From the NCBI GenBank assembly GCA_951406725.2, contig OX597834.1:39948001-40010000 (forward strand): a stretch of 62,000 bases of DNA, written 5' to 3'. The notes beneath the pieces were generated by a model. The model was not told the DNA's origin, did not search any database, and saw nothing but the letters and a program-made list of their open reading frames with translations. The translations under genes were made by a program, and so were the position numbers. The DNA is from Octopus vulgaris. Taxonomy: Eukaryota. Below are positions 36,921 through 50,132 of the stretch, in pieces; the stretch's first letter is position 1, and each line of letters begins with the position of its first letter.

Positions 36921-37192
36921 GCTAAATCTAGAGTTGTTTGTTTTGAAGCTTTTTTGTGTTCTCTATAAATCTCTTGGTAACATGCAGAAGCATTTGTTAT
37001 GGTAACAGAAACTTTTGCCCTTCATTCAAAATTTGGGCCTTTATAGTTATTATAAAATAAAACACATAAACCTGGGAGCTCAAAAAGCGGGCCCTTGTAC
37101 AATTGAGGTATTACTGTATATATGTGCTTGCATGTATGTGTGCAAATGTATATGTATATATGTGAGCATATATACATGTATACGTGTGTATA

Positions 37193-37227
<35 letters not shown>

Positions 37228-38213
37228 ATATGAATGTGTATATATTTAAATATGTATTTGTGTGTGTATATATGAGTGTGTGTGTAAATGCATACATATG
37301 TATTTGTGTGTGTAAATGTATATGTAGACATGTGCGAGTGTATATACATGTATATGCATGTGTATAAATATGTGAGCTTGTGTGTGTGTATATATAACCA
37401 TGTGTGTCTGTGTGTGTGAGTCTATAGTTATGTGTGTGTGAGTCTATAGCCATGTGTGTGTCTGCGCATAACCACGTATGTGTACATGTGTATGTATAAC
37501 TGTGTGTGTGTGCATGTAACGATGTGTATGTGTGTATAGCCATGTGCATATCTATAACTGTCTGTGCACGTAAAGTCTATAGCTATGTGTGTGTATAACC
37601 GTGTGTGTGTGTATGTGTGTGATTGAGTGCCAAACAGCACTTTAGGAGAAAGATATGTCAAAGAATGCTTATAAGTCTGTTAACCACTAGACTTGCCACA
37701 AAACCACTACCACCACCACCACCACCACTCAACCATCACTGCCACCACCATGACAATGATCCTCATTATCACTGCCACCATGCCCACCACCACAAAAGTA
37801 TGTAAGTGGTCATCCGATGAAGGCTCTCAAGTGCAGTGTTATTGAGAAGCCCTTCCAAAAGAACTTTCCTCAGCCAATCTGGCCCCACTGACCAAGTGGA
37901 AGTAATTTTCAATTGTCATGACTCACACAATCCCAGAACAACAACAGGAACCACAGTGGCAAGAACAGCAACAACAACAACAACCACAATTTATTTATTT
38001 AATAAGATTCTGTGATCATATCAAGTTAAGGTGGCGGATAATTGAGAAGAGTTGCTTTGTGAAATAATTCTTGACACGAATCCTTTTGTTATCGTATTTC
38101 TGTTGAGATGATCTGCGTTTCTTTCAGTTAATTTTGAATATAACAAAGAATTTTGTAAAATACCTTACAAACTTACATAGGCGTAAGAGTGGCTGGGTGG
38201 TAAGTAGTTTGCT

Positions 38214-38450
38214 AAGGCAACGAACTGGCAGAAATGTTAGCACGCTGGGCAAAATGCTTTGCCATATTTCGCCTGCCGCTACGTTCTGAGTTCGAATTCT
38301 GCCAAGGTCGACTTTGCCTTTCATCTTTTCAGGGTCAATAAATTAAGTACCAGTTACGCACTGGGGTCGATGTAATCGACTTAATCCCTTTGTCTGTCCT
38401 TGTTTGTCCTCTCTGTGTTTAGCCTCTTGTGGGCAGTAAAGAGATAGGAA
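38214..38450 (+). mobile_element. SINE family B inserted just after a SINE A head (38180-38213)
   Basis: ggcgtaagagtggctgggtggtaagtagtttgct|aaggcaacgaactggcag. Confidence 0.8.
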
Positions 38451-39888
38451 GAAGTTTTGTTAATGAACAGCTTGTGATTTCAAAGCGACAAAAATATTTT
38501 GACGGAAATGAAATTTAAATGTTGAAGTGAAACTAACGGTTTTTTTATGTTCTTCAATGGCTTACAAACATCCTCCAGGCTGCAACTGTTTTTTTTCTCT
38601 TTTCTCAGCACACGATCTCATAACAAGTCACTTGCCATGCAAGTACATCTCGGTAATATTACCACCATCATTTTCTCAATCTCTAACAGAAGCTCAAAGC
38701 CACAATTTTGACCAGAGATGCGTATACCACTCCCAATATATGCCACAAGAGTCAAAGGAAATATAAAGTGCCTACGTCTTTGTAATAACTACAATGACTC
38801 TACCAAACTCTCACAGTTCCAATAATATCTAATCAGAGATCAAAGCCGTTTCCAAACAAATGATACTCAGAACTACAATTTTATTATCATCTAATATTAC
38901 ACAGAATAAACCAAGATTTTCTTTGAACGACACAACTTTATTTTCTCTCTTTTCGCAGAGAGAGTATTTTAACGAATATACTTTTAATTTTAACGAGGCA
39001 GCTTTTGTAATATTTCATTTAAAAGCCAAGTATTGTTTTTGTTGTTAGTTTCTGACAAGTCTCATAGATTATATATATATTTTCTCATTTTTTTTTTTTA
39101 ATATTCTTATTTATTTGTTTATCATTGAAGAAACAGTCTCTAGAGCAATTATTTACCATTCCACAGTAACCAGAATGGTTATCTATTAACTACAGAAAAT
39201 TCTGATATCAATCAGGCACCATAGTCTCATCAAAGAACTAATGGTTTGAAGAAAAGAAATTAGCCATCTTGTAGAGTTAAATAATTTTTACATTGTCTAG
39301 CTAGGAAACACACACACACAGGAATACATGAGCACATATACATAAACACACACACACCCATGAAAATAGACATGCACACACATGTGAGCAGACACACACA
39401 CACACACAAATATGTGAGCACATGTATATGAACACAAACATAAAAATAGATATACATATACACACACAGAAATACAGATGTAGCTACATACACACACGTG
39501 CACACACACACAAATACAGACAACCGCACCCAGACATATATGCATGGGCACATGCATCCACTCACAAATGCACACACACACATACGAGCACATATAAAAA
39601 TACAGGTGCACACACACACACACACACATCACTTATTTGTATGAAAGTGATCAGAGATAAAAATCATTCAGAAAATTCCCATCAAATAATGGCAAGTAAA
39701 ACAAAAAAAAAATATCAAAGTGATTTTATGAAGTTAAATATTTACAATGTCTAGTTTAGATATTTACACACACACAGATACACACACACACACAATTATA
39801 CATACTCAGATACACACACACACACACTCAATTATACATACACAGACACACACATAATTATACATACTCAGACACACACATGTATATA

Positions 39889-40318
39889 CAGGGTGTGGTG
39901 GTTAAATTATCACCATTTTATATTTTTAGTTCCACATGTGAATTGTTTGTTTTGATTTTGTCAACTACACAGTATAGTAGGGTCAGTTGGGTACTGTCTG
40001 TGAGAAAAACAGGCACCACGATGCAATTCACTCAGCCAGAAATTTGGAAATGACATGCTGCACTGCTTGGCATTCACGCCAGAAGCTCCATTATGAACAT
40101 TTCAGAGTTTTTGGGTGTCAATCTGAGGACAATCTAAGGACACGTACTGAGAGCGATAAAAATCAAACATCCAGCCAACATCATGGTGTTTGAAGGGATC
40201 ACTAGTGATGGCGATGTTATGCCTCCATTCATCTGACTCAACACAGATGCCTACATCAAGTGCCTGGAGGAGGTAGTGCTGCCTCAAGGGTGGCTGCTGG
40301 AAGACTCTATGTCTGGAT
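39889..40318 (+). mobile_element. Internally deleted Tc1/mariner-superfamily transposon (maT/DD37D-like) remnant
   Basis: TA|CAGGGTG terminus; KHPANIMVFEGITSDGDVMPPFI..LNTDAYIKCLEEVVLP..RVAAGRLYVW transposase motifs with stops and frameshifts. Confidence 0.8.
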
Positions 40319-40709
40319 TTTATGAAAAGATGGGAAGCATCATATTTTCTGTCACTCACGGGAAAAAAAAACAACCTTTCGAGATAAGAAAAATAAAAAA
40401 CAAAAGATAAAATATAAACGCTAAAGTGCTTCTCTCCCCTTAAGGAGAATACTCACCCTCTCTATTATTTCATAGAAGTCATTCATTCACTTCTACTCTT
40501 TTACTCCTTAACCAACTGTAAACAGCACCAGTTGTTGTTCCTAATCAAGTAACGATGTAATTTGACCAATATCTACTTGATAGGTGGAACTACTTTTTTA
40601 TTTTTTTACACAAGTGTCATCCTCTCCAGGATAACTTCCAAGTGTAAATAGCAATGCCCTTCAACTTCCTTTAGGCATTTCCACTTAGATGTGTCCATAT
40701 ATCATATCG

Positions 40710-40962
40710 TGGAGGTGCATGGCTTAGTGGTTAGGGTGTCAGCATCATGATCGTAAGATTGTGGTTTCGATTCCGGACCGGGCAACGCGTTGTTTTCTTG
40801 AGCAAAACACTTCATCGCCTGTTGCTCCAGTCCACTCAGCTCGCAAAAATGAGTAATGCTGCGATGGACTGACGTCCCGTCCAGCTGGGGAACAAATACG
40901 CCATAGAAACTGGGAAACTGGGCCCATGAGCCTGGCTAGGCTTTAAAAGGGCGCATTTATTT
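40710..40962 (+). mobile_element. Full-length SINE family E
   Basis: tggcttagtggttagg A-box, ggtttcgattcc B-box, tail ggctttaaaagggcgcatttattt; related copies at 45628-45878 (+) and 60715-60805 (-). Confidence 0.85.
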
Positions 40963-41237
40963 TTATGTATCATATCAAGGAGACACAATGACAGAATTGT
41001 TAGCATGTAGGACAAAATGCATAACAGCATTTTCTCTGGATCTTTACATTCTCAGTTCAAATCCTGTTGATGTATGAAACTTTGCCAAGCAACTAGATCA
41101 AAACGTATGTAGGACTTTTAATGCTTATTTTAAAATTAAAGTTATATGTTCCTTTAAAATCATTTATTTGCTATATTTTATTGTGCAAATGATACAAATA
41201 AAATAAGCATCCGTTATTAACTCTATGTTAATAATGA

Positions 41238-41640
41238 GGGCGGCGAACTGGCAGAAACGTTAGCACACTGGGTGAAATGCTTAGTGTATTTCGTCAGTCT
41301 TTATGTTCTGAGTTCAAATTCTGCCGAGGTCGACTTTGCCTTTCATCCTTTCGGGATCAATTAAATAAGTACCAGTTACACATTGGGGTCGATATAATTG
41401 ACTTAATCCGTTTGTCTGTCCTCGTTTGTCCTCTCCGTGTTTAGCCCCTTGTGGGTAGTAAAGAAATAAGTATTTCGTCAGTCTTTACATTCTGAGTTCA
41501 AATTCTGTCAATGTCAACTTTGCCTTCTATCCTTTCAGGGTCAATAAATTAAGTACCAGTTACGTACTGGAGTCGATCTAATTAATTGGGGGCCCCTCCC
41601 CCTAAATTTCAGGCCTTGTGCCTAAAGTAGAAAGGATTAT
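41238..41640 (+). mobile_element. SINE family B (long plus short composite)
   Basis: Same head and body as 31090-31508. Confidence 0.85.
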
Positions 41641-41739
41641 TAACTCAATGTTTTCTTATATTAATATATACATATAAATCTGGCACACAGCGGTTATACT
41701 GATAAGGGTTCCAGTTAATCCAATCAATGGATCAACCTG

Positions 41740-42027
41740 CTTATAAAATGAACAATTGTTTCGGCTGCTGTTTTCCTCGGCAGAAAACCAAATTTCACAG
41801 AAGCACTCTGTTCCTTCATTTCAGCCATTGCAAAATAAATCGATGGACAGGGGAGAAGCACTGCAAAGTAAAGATGCACCATGTGGCAGTAGGACGGCAC
41901 TTGACACCGCCAGTCGGTATAGTGATGTCTGAGTGTCACATCAAGTGGCTCCTAGTAGTGGAAACCTGAACTACAACAGGCTTGTTCCACAGAGAACATT
42001 TTCAGTTACTTTTCGGCACCGCTTTGT
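41740..42027 (-). mobile_element. Mariner transposon 5' end remnant
   Basis: MAEMKEQSASVKFGFLPRKTAAETIV resembles the mariner N-terminus (EQR..IKFC..LGKTA.ET); TIR-like aaagcggtgccgaaaagtaactg. Confidence 0.65.
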
Positions 42028-42044
42028 GTGTGTGTATGATAGAT

Positions 42045-42222
42045 TGCTAGCCACTAAACCTTTTTCTATTTTCTCTCCCTGTTTATTTCTGTGTTCCTTT
42101 CTGTCGAAGAGCATAGGCTCGAAATGTAAAAGACGTTCTCACTTTCTGAGCGTTAAACTAATACATCTGTTTGTTGTTTACACATCCATCTTCGTCTTTT
42201 GTTTCTTTTTGTAAGTTCACAC
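42045..42222 (+). mobile_element. Probable Penelope-like pseudo-LTR fragment
   Basis: gaagagcataggctcgaaatgtaaaagac motif resembling PLE-associated minimal hammerhead cores; T-rich 3' end. Confidence 0.35.
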
Positions 42223-42233
42223 TATATACATAT

Positions 42234-42274
<41 letters not shown>

Positions 42275-42300
42275 CACACACATACACACACACATAGACA

Positions 42301-42520
42301 TATGAGGGGGTGCCGAATAGTTCCTGGCTTTAAGGGTATAGCAAAAGGCCAAGTTGAAGGCCCAACATTCCAAGTTCTTTTAAGGGCTTAGAAAAACTGA
42401 AGGACCACTGCAAAAAGTGTGCGAATCTGAGAGGGGAATATGTTGAATAAAATCATAATTAACTGATCCTCCTGTATTTTCTTTTACCAGAAGCCAGGAA
42501 CTTTTTAGCGCACCCTCATA
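42301..42520 (+). mobile_element. Mariner-derived MITE
   Basis: TIRs tatgagggggtgccgaatagttcctggctt ... aagccaggaactttttagcgcaccctcata with TA ends; internal KCANLRGEYVE* transposase C-terminus. Confidence 0.82.
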
Positions 42521-42699
42521 TGTGTGCATGTGTGTGTGTGTGTGTCTGTCTGTATGTATATACACACATATTCTTCAGAACTGTGCATACACTAAATATA
42601 AATAAACAAATATATATATAAAATTTTATCTCTCCCACATCACATTATTTACACATACACACACAAACATGCATGCAAGCATACATGCATGCACATACA

Positions 42700-43504
<805 letters not shown>

Positions 43505-43824
43505 ATGTTTTTCCATTAACCAATATTCCTGCCGAAGTTTAAAACACAAAGATCTGTTAGACTCAACAACGATGACAACAACAACAATGACAACAACAGC
43601 AACAACAAGAACAACGATAATAACAAAAACAGCATAAACGTAATATCTAATGCTATCAGAAACATTTAGGAGCAAAAAAAAAAACAATAAACAATAAACA
43701 AATCACTTTGTCAAGAAAAACACTGGAGGTGGGTGGCTGGGTGGGGGGCGGGGAGCATTTATGTTAATAGAGATGCTAGTTTAAGATGATGAGAATCGGA
43801 GTAAGGTGGAGGCGGGGGGGATCT

Positions 43825-43861
<37 letters not shown>

Positions 43862-44041
43862 ACGGTATTATTGGTTTCACTTTACCTTACGTTCTACAGT
43901 TGTGTTGTTGCCCATAGCAGCCTCTTTGACAGTGTGTGTATATTAGTTTGAAGAGGATGTATATTTTCGTTGCAAGAAGCATCTTTGCCTTTAAGATGTC
44001 TTTGGTTACATGTAAACAATGAAAGAGCCGATGGGAGGGGC

Positions 44042-44080
<39 letters not shown>

Positions 44081-44900
44081 GAGAGAGGGAGAGGAAAATG
44101 AGAAGAGAAAAAGAGAAAATAAAATGGTAAGAGAGGTAGTGGGGCAGAAGCACAGATAAGAATATGTATTGTTTATACATGTACGTATGCATGTATGTAT
44201 GTATTTGTATCTATAGATATACACACACATACACACACACACATGTATATATATATACTCACACATACAATATTGAAAGTAGGCGTGTGTGTGTGTATGT
44301 ATGTATATATATATATATATACGTACGCACACAGATATATATTGTGTGTGCATGTATATTATATACATCAATATATATATATATATATACATAAATATAT
44401 ATATATATATATATATATACATCAATATATATATATATATACAATATTGAAAGTAGGTGTGTGTGTACACACAGTTATGTACATACTTATACATTTATAA
44501 ATATATATATCAAGATATATATATATATACACACACATAAGGATATATACATATATATACACATACACACATGCATACACATATGCATACATACACACAC
44601 ACACATGTATATGTATGTTTGCATGTGCAATATGACTAATGTATCTCTAGACGTTGCCACAAATACACACACACACCAATAAATATGCATCCACACACAC
44701 ACACACAGAGGTAATGTAAGTCTCCAGACACATTAAATATATTGGGAAGTAATTCACATAAACAAAAGCAGATGTTAACAAATGCTTTAGTTTAGCAAGA
44801 TACCAGTAATACGGTGACTGATACAGGTTATAAAGAACATGATTAAAAGCTTCAGTTTTGTACAGTATCATCTGTCTAAAGTAGAGCTTCTCACCTGAGG

Positions 44901-44982
44901 TCCATATGGCCATTGGGTGTCCATATGGCCATTGGGGGTCCATATGGCCATTGGGGGTCCATATGGCCATTGGGTGTCCATA
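44901..44982. repeat. 19-bp tandem repeat (4.3 copies) within an hAT-like MITE remnant
   Basis: tccatatggccattggg(t/g)g x4. Confidence 0.9.
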
Positions 44983-45069
44983 TAAGATTTCATTGTTAAA
45001 ATTTATGAGCAATAAATTGCTTTTACTTCGATGCACAAAATATTTTCATTTTTTTTATACAATTCCTAA

Positions 45070-45456
45070 TCTCTCTATATAAAGCTGAAGTTGTCTGTGT
45101 ATGGCAGGCTTGGTAGCCTTCAACTAACACTATCTCCTCTGAGACCCTGCGGCGCAAGTTGACCAAAATTGAGAGTATGATAGAAGAAGGCTTGCTCTTC
45201 CTTCCGTAGGAGAAAAGATTCAAATTGGACCATGTTAACACCAAAAATTATTTACATCAAAAAGATGCTTTTTTTCTATGAAAATCCCTATTTTTTACGA
45301 CTATTTGACTGCTGTGTCGCCATTTTTTTGGTGTATTTCACTTAAATGTTCACTTAAAGAGAATAACAAGTTACATAATGCAAAATTTTTACTTTTCAAA
45401 AATTCCAATTCTAATGGGTCGAAACAAACCCAAGCAATGCCGGGCAATACTGCTCG
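45070..45456 (+). mobile_element. Non-autonomous Helitron
   Basis: A|TCTCTCTATATAAAG 5' end; 3' subterminal cccaagcaatgccggg hairpin then ctgctCG|T (CTCG rather than canonical CTRR); inserted between A and T with no TSD. Confidence 0.6.
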
Positions 45457-46634
45457 TAATATTTAATTATAAAAATTTATTTTTTATATATATTGAATGG
45501 TTAATAGTAGAAGATGCTTCTGCAGGGCACCACACACTGGAATTGAACTCAAAACCATATGGTTATAAAAGAGCCACTTAACCACTCAAGGAAATGAAAT
45601 TATGCTTACAACATCTTGTTGAGTAGTGGAGGCGTGTGGCTTAGTGGTTAGGGTGTTGAACTCATAATCGTAAGGTTGTGGTTTCGATTCCTGGACCGGG
45701 CAATACGTTATGTTCTTGAGCAAAACACTTCATTTCATGTTGCTCCAGTCCACTCAGCTAGCAAAAATGAGTAATCCGGCGATGGACTGGCGTCTCGTCC
45801 AGGTGGGGAATTTCTCCTCCACTGAAACTGGGAAACCAGCCCTTATGAGCCTGGCAAGCCTCCAGAAGGAACATCATGTTGAGTAATGCCTTAGAATAGT
45901 TTAAAATTATAAGATTTTGTTTTTTAAAAAAATATCAATAAATAACCAGTAATCTACTAAGGTCCAATTGTTTCTACTCCAACCATTTCTCATAGGGAAG
46001 ACAAAATCTAAATAATTTTCTATAAGCTAAAAATGCATCAAGTTTCACCCTTTTACTGCGGAAACCAGATATTAACCAATCAAAATTTTATTATCCTTAA
46101 CTGCAGAAAACAGTTTTATGTATCATTCTAACTTTTGCTAAGGAATGACATGTCTGGAACTATTTTCTGTTAAGATATGTAAAGTTGATCGAAGCAACAT
46201 GTCTTACAGAAAATACCAAAAGAGATTGAAGATCATTACTGAAATCTCTTAGATTTTATTTGTTTAGTCTTTGGACTGTGCCCATGTTGGGGCACTGCTT
46301 TGAAGGGTTTAGTCAAACAATTTGACCTCGATACTTATTTTTTAAGCCTGGTACCTATTCTATTGATCTCTTATTCAGTGGGACTGAACCTGGAACCATG
46401 TGGTTTGTGCGCAAGCTTCTTACTACACAGCCACTCCTACGCCTATATTATAATATAAATAAATTACTGGATTGTCAAATAAATCTCTCTATTTAATTGA
46501 TCTATAATTTGCATTATACCCATATTTATGAGGTATTCAACTGACGTACCAGTGAATTGGATGTTTTACACACTGCTTTGAAAGAATTCCTTTCCTAAGC
46601 TTGTTACTATAGTTACTATATATATATATATATA

Positions 46635-46858
46635 GGTGAGCTGGCAGAAACGTTAGCGCGCCGGACAAAATGCGTAGCCGTATTTCGTCTGTCGTTACAT
46701 TCTGAGTTCAAATTCCGCCAAGGTCGACTTTGCCTTTCATCCTTTCGGGGTTGATAAATAAAGTACCAGTTTCTCACTGGAGGTCGATGTAATCAACTTA
46801 ATCCCTTCGTCTGTCCTTGTTTGTCCCCTTTATGTTTAACCCCTTGTGGGCAATAAAG

Positions 46859-46862
<4 letters not shown>
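46635..46862 (+). mobile_element. SINE family B
   Basis: gagctggcagaaacgttagcgcgccgg...gagttcaaattccgccaaggtcgac. Confidence 0.87.
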
Positions 46863-46901
<39 letters not shown>

Positions 46902-47419
46902 TACAGGGATTTTTCAGCTTCCAACTACCAAATCCACTCGTAATGCTTTGGTCAGTTAGCAGCAGTATAAAACACTTTCCCAAGGTGTCACATTGTGGGA
47001 TTGAACCCAAGGCCATATGACCGGGAGGCAAACTTCTCACCACACAGCCATGCCTCGGCCTGTGCCACAAGTGTTAAATAACATCAATATGAACAACAAC
47101 AAAATGTTATTTAATACTGTGATTTTTATCCCTGCCTTTCAGTAATATGTGCACATAACATCTCCGCTTGTTGCAGTTTCTCTGACTAAAAGAAAGAGGT
47201 TCTTCCGACTACTTCACGTTTAAGTGGTCTGCAGGAGGAAGGACATCAAGATGTGGAAAAAAATTATCACGATGCAAACACCCTCTCCACTTATGTGAGC
47301 ATGGAGAAATAAGTGTGAAATACTTCTGAAAAATTCCAATGAGATCATTTAAATCATTGGCAGTTAAAACCGGTTAGAAGCAGTTTTATATATTTTTGCA
47401 GCTTGAATCTTAAGTCAAT

Positions 47420-47800
47420 GAGTTTAAAATTGTCCAAGTTTCAACTTGTTAAAACCAATTCAAATTGTCACAATTTAAACCTGTTGAAACTAGTTTAAAT
47501 CATTCAGTTTAAATCATTTCAGTTTTAACTTGTTAAAACCAGTTTAAATTATCACAGTTTAACCCTGCTAACACCAGTTTAAGCTTGTTAAAACCAGTTT
47601 AAATCATTTCAGTTTTAACTTGTTAAACCAGTTTAAATTATCGCAGTTTAACTCTGCTAACACCAGTTTAAGCTTGTTAAAACCAGTTTAAATCAACACA
47701 GTTTAAATCATTTCAGTTTTAACTTGTTAAAACCAGTTTATATAATTACGGTATAAACTCATTAAAATTAGTTTAAATTAACATAGTTTAAACTTGTTAA
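47420..47800. repeat. AT-rich degenerate array of GTTTAAA/TGTTAAAACCA monomers with a 90-bp higher-order duplication
   Basis: agttttaacttgttaaa starts at 47521 and 47611. Confidence 0.85.
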
Positions 47801-48049
47801 AGAAAAGAAGAGTGGTTCAAAATAGTCAAATATCATCATCATCATCATTATTTAATGTCCATTTTCCATGCTGGCATAGGCTGGATGGTTTGACTGAAGC
47901 TGACCAGCTGAAGGGATGTTTAGGCACCCTGTCTGTTTTTGGCCTGGTTTCTACAGTTGGATGACCTTCCTAACACCAACCACTTTACAGAGTGTACTGG
48001 GTGCTTTTACGCAACAATGGTATGGGTGCAAGATTAGGGATGCTCAGCA

Positions 48050-49030
48050 GGCAACCATGCTTTTATTTAGCTTGACGTGTCTTTTCAAATATATATATAT
48101 ATATGTATATATAATCATATATAATCATTCAAAAGAAATTAAGAAAATGGAAATATAACTTTTAATAAAAATGTATTATTTGCAAAAATCAAACATAGTA
48201 CCTTACAGCTGTTTCAATTAAGCTTAATAGATTAAATAGCAATTTACAAGATGCATCTCATTAAAATAACGTCTGTTCTGCAAGTTTTCTTATCGACATG
48301 TGTATACAAAAGCAGCAAATTAAGGGACACAGCTTCATTATTACAGAAGATCAATAATAAATCAAAGATGCAAATACACAATACAATGAAAAATGTATGT
48401 ATACATATATATATATATATATATATACGATATAGTGTATATTTAAACACATGAGGAACCCACTTATAGGAATTCAACACGCCAGAAAGAACAGCTAGGT
48501 TCTATAACCACAAAAATTAGGGATAAAATTTGACAGGAACGAAATGAAAAATAAAAACATTTTACCATCTAGTTTAAATATACACTATATCGTATAACTA
48601 ATATATAGTCTTTTGGACTAAATTTTTTACACGTTAGACCACTGGAAATGTAAATTTTAATTAATTTCCATTTCCCTTTGATATGATTATATATATATAT
48701 ATATATATATGTAAAAAAATACAAACTGGGACAAGAACGCAAAACATTTAGAAGACGATACAAAAACATGGACAGGACATTCGAAGCCTTCAATCTTCAG
48801 TCAAGAACCAGATCATCCTAGCAATTTCAGCTGATTAATCCTGATATCGCTCCGATCCAGCCAGCCCCAAGGAAAAACTAAGCTGTGAGCATTAGATTTC
48901 TTGGAAAAAGGATTGAATGTATATGAAACAAGGACAGAAAAACGGACAATGCCACACGAATATAAAATACAAAAAACAATAATAGTAAAAACAGGACAAA
49001 AACAGCGGGTATCTTACGACTAATAGACAG
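48050..49030. mobile_element. Mosaic of unclassified (possibly Penelope-like) repeat fragments in opposite orientations
   Basis: cttacagctgtttcaattaagc is shared with ~22760; 25-bp perfect inverted repeat at 48424-48448 / 48572-48596. Confidence 0.45.
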
Positions 49031-49070
49031 TACAACTTAGTTTATGGGTAAGTTGAAATTTATTACTTAC

Positions 49071-49174
49071 TGCTAGCTTGGAAGTAGTTCCCATTTCCAT
49101 ATTGCCACCATCAACAGAAGGAACCAGTGGCATGCTACCACGCCTGTCATTGGAAAATTTCTCATTAGAAGAAT
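49071..49174 (-). CDS. SYNGAP1/DAB2IP/RASAL2-like: Preceding coding exon of the same RasGAP gene
   Basis: tttcatttcttccag | ATTCTTCT...AAGCTAGCA | gtaagt; 104 nt, phase 1 start and phase 0 end, so it splices in frame to 736-839. Translates (D)SSNEKFSNDRRGSMPLVPSVDGGNMEMGTTSKLA. RRGSMP resembles fly RRGSAP and human RRKSVP in the homologous exon (recalled). Confidence 0.88.
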
Positions 49175-49302
49175 CTGGAAGAAATGAAATAAATTACAAT
49201 TATTATTGTTGTCGTTGTTGTTATTGTTTTTATTATGGTTAACGCTTTAGTGCTTAATCCAGTTATATCTGGTCCAAATATTCTACCTGTTCTATGTTCG
49301 AA

Positions 49303-49376
49303 CCAGTGCTGTGGAGTCGGAACCAATTAAGGGGTAGCTGGAGTCGGAGTCAGTAAAACAATACCGACTCCGACTC
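49303..49376. mobile_element. Small GAGTCG/CGACTC palindromic MITE remnant
   Basis: cagtgctgtggagtcgg...gagtcggagtc...ccgactccgactc. Confidence 0.6.
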
Positions 49377-49546
49377 ATAGTATCTTCCATCTACCAAATC
49401 CACTCATAATGCTTTGGTCAGCTAGCAGCTATAGGAAACACTTTCCCAAGGTGCCACATTGTAGGATTAAACCCAAGTCCATATGACCAGGAGGCAAACT
49501 TCTCACCACACAGCCACGCCTCTGCCTGTGCCATATAGACAAAGCG

Positions 49547-49848
49547 ACCAAAGCCTTGTGCGTGGATTTGGTAGACGGAAACTGAAAGAAGCCCATCATA
49601 TATATGTATATGTATATATGTGTGTGTGTTTGTGTGTCTGTGTTTGGTCCCCCCAACATCGCTTGACAACCGATGCTGTTGTATTTACGTCCCCGTAGCT
49701 TAACGGTTTGGCAAAAGAGACCAATAGAATAGGTACTAGGCTTACAAAGAATAAGTCCTGTGGTCGATTTGCTCGACTAAAGGCGGTGCTCCAGCATGGC
49801 CACAGTCAAATGACTGAAACAAATAAAAGAGTAAAAGAGAAAAGAGTA
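49547..49848 (+). mobile_element. SINE family A, 3' two-thirds, near consensus
   Basis: gaccaaagccttgtg...ggcggtgctccagcatggccacagtcaaatgactgaaacaaataaaagagtaaaag. Confidence 0.88.
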
Positions 49849-50096
49849 AACTGGTTTTATTAACTGAATTGCCTTAAAGTTGGGACCCCTTTGTTTTTCT
49901 CGTACTGCGGGTTTCCGCTCTTACTTCAAGACAAAAATTCGCACAAGTCTCAGCTCATACAACAAATTACTCATACAATGAGGCACTCATACTGCAAGGT
50001 TCTACTGTACCAGTGATACACTAGGGTCAATGTAATCAACTAATTCCCTCCCCCAAAATTCCAGGCTGTGTACCTTTAGTAAAAAGGATTATTATT

Positions 50097-50132
<36 letters not shown>

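Noticed and set aside
48770-48810. Minus-strand CTGAAGA...GAAT-GTC as a hammerhead ribozyme
   Set aside because: GAAA is not intact and I could not find helix I pairing
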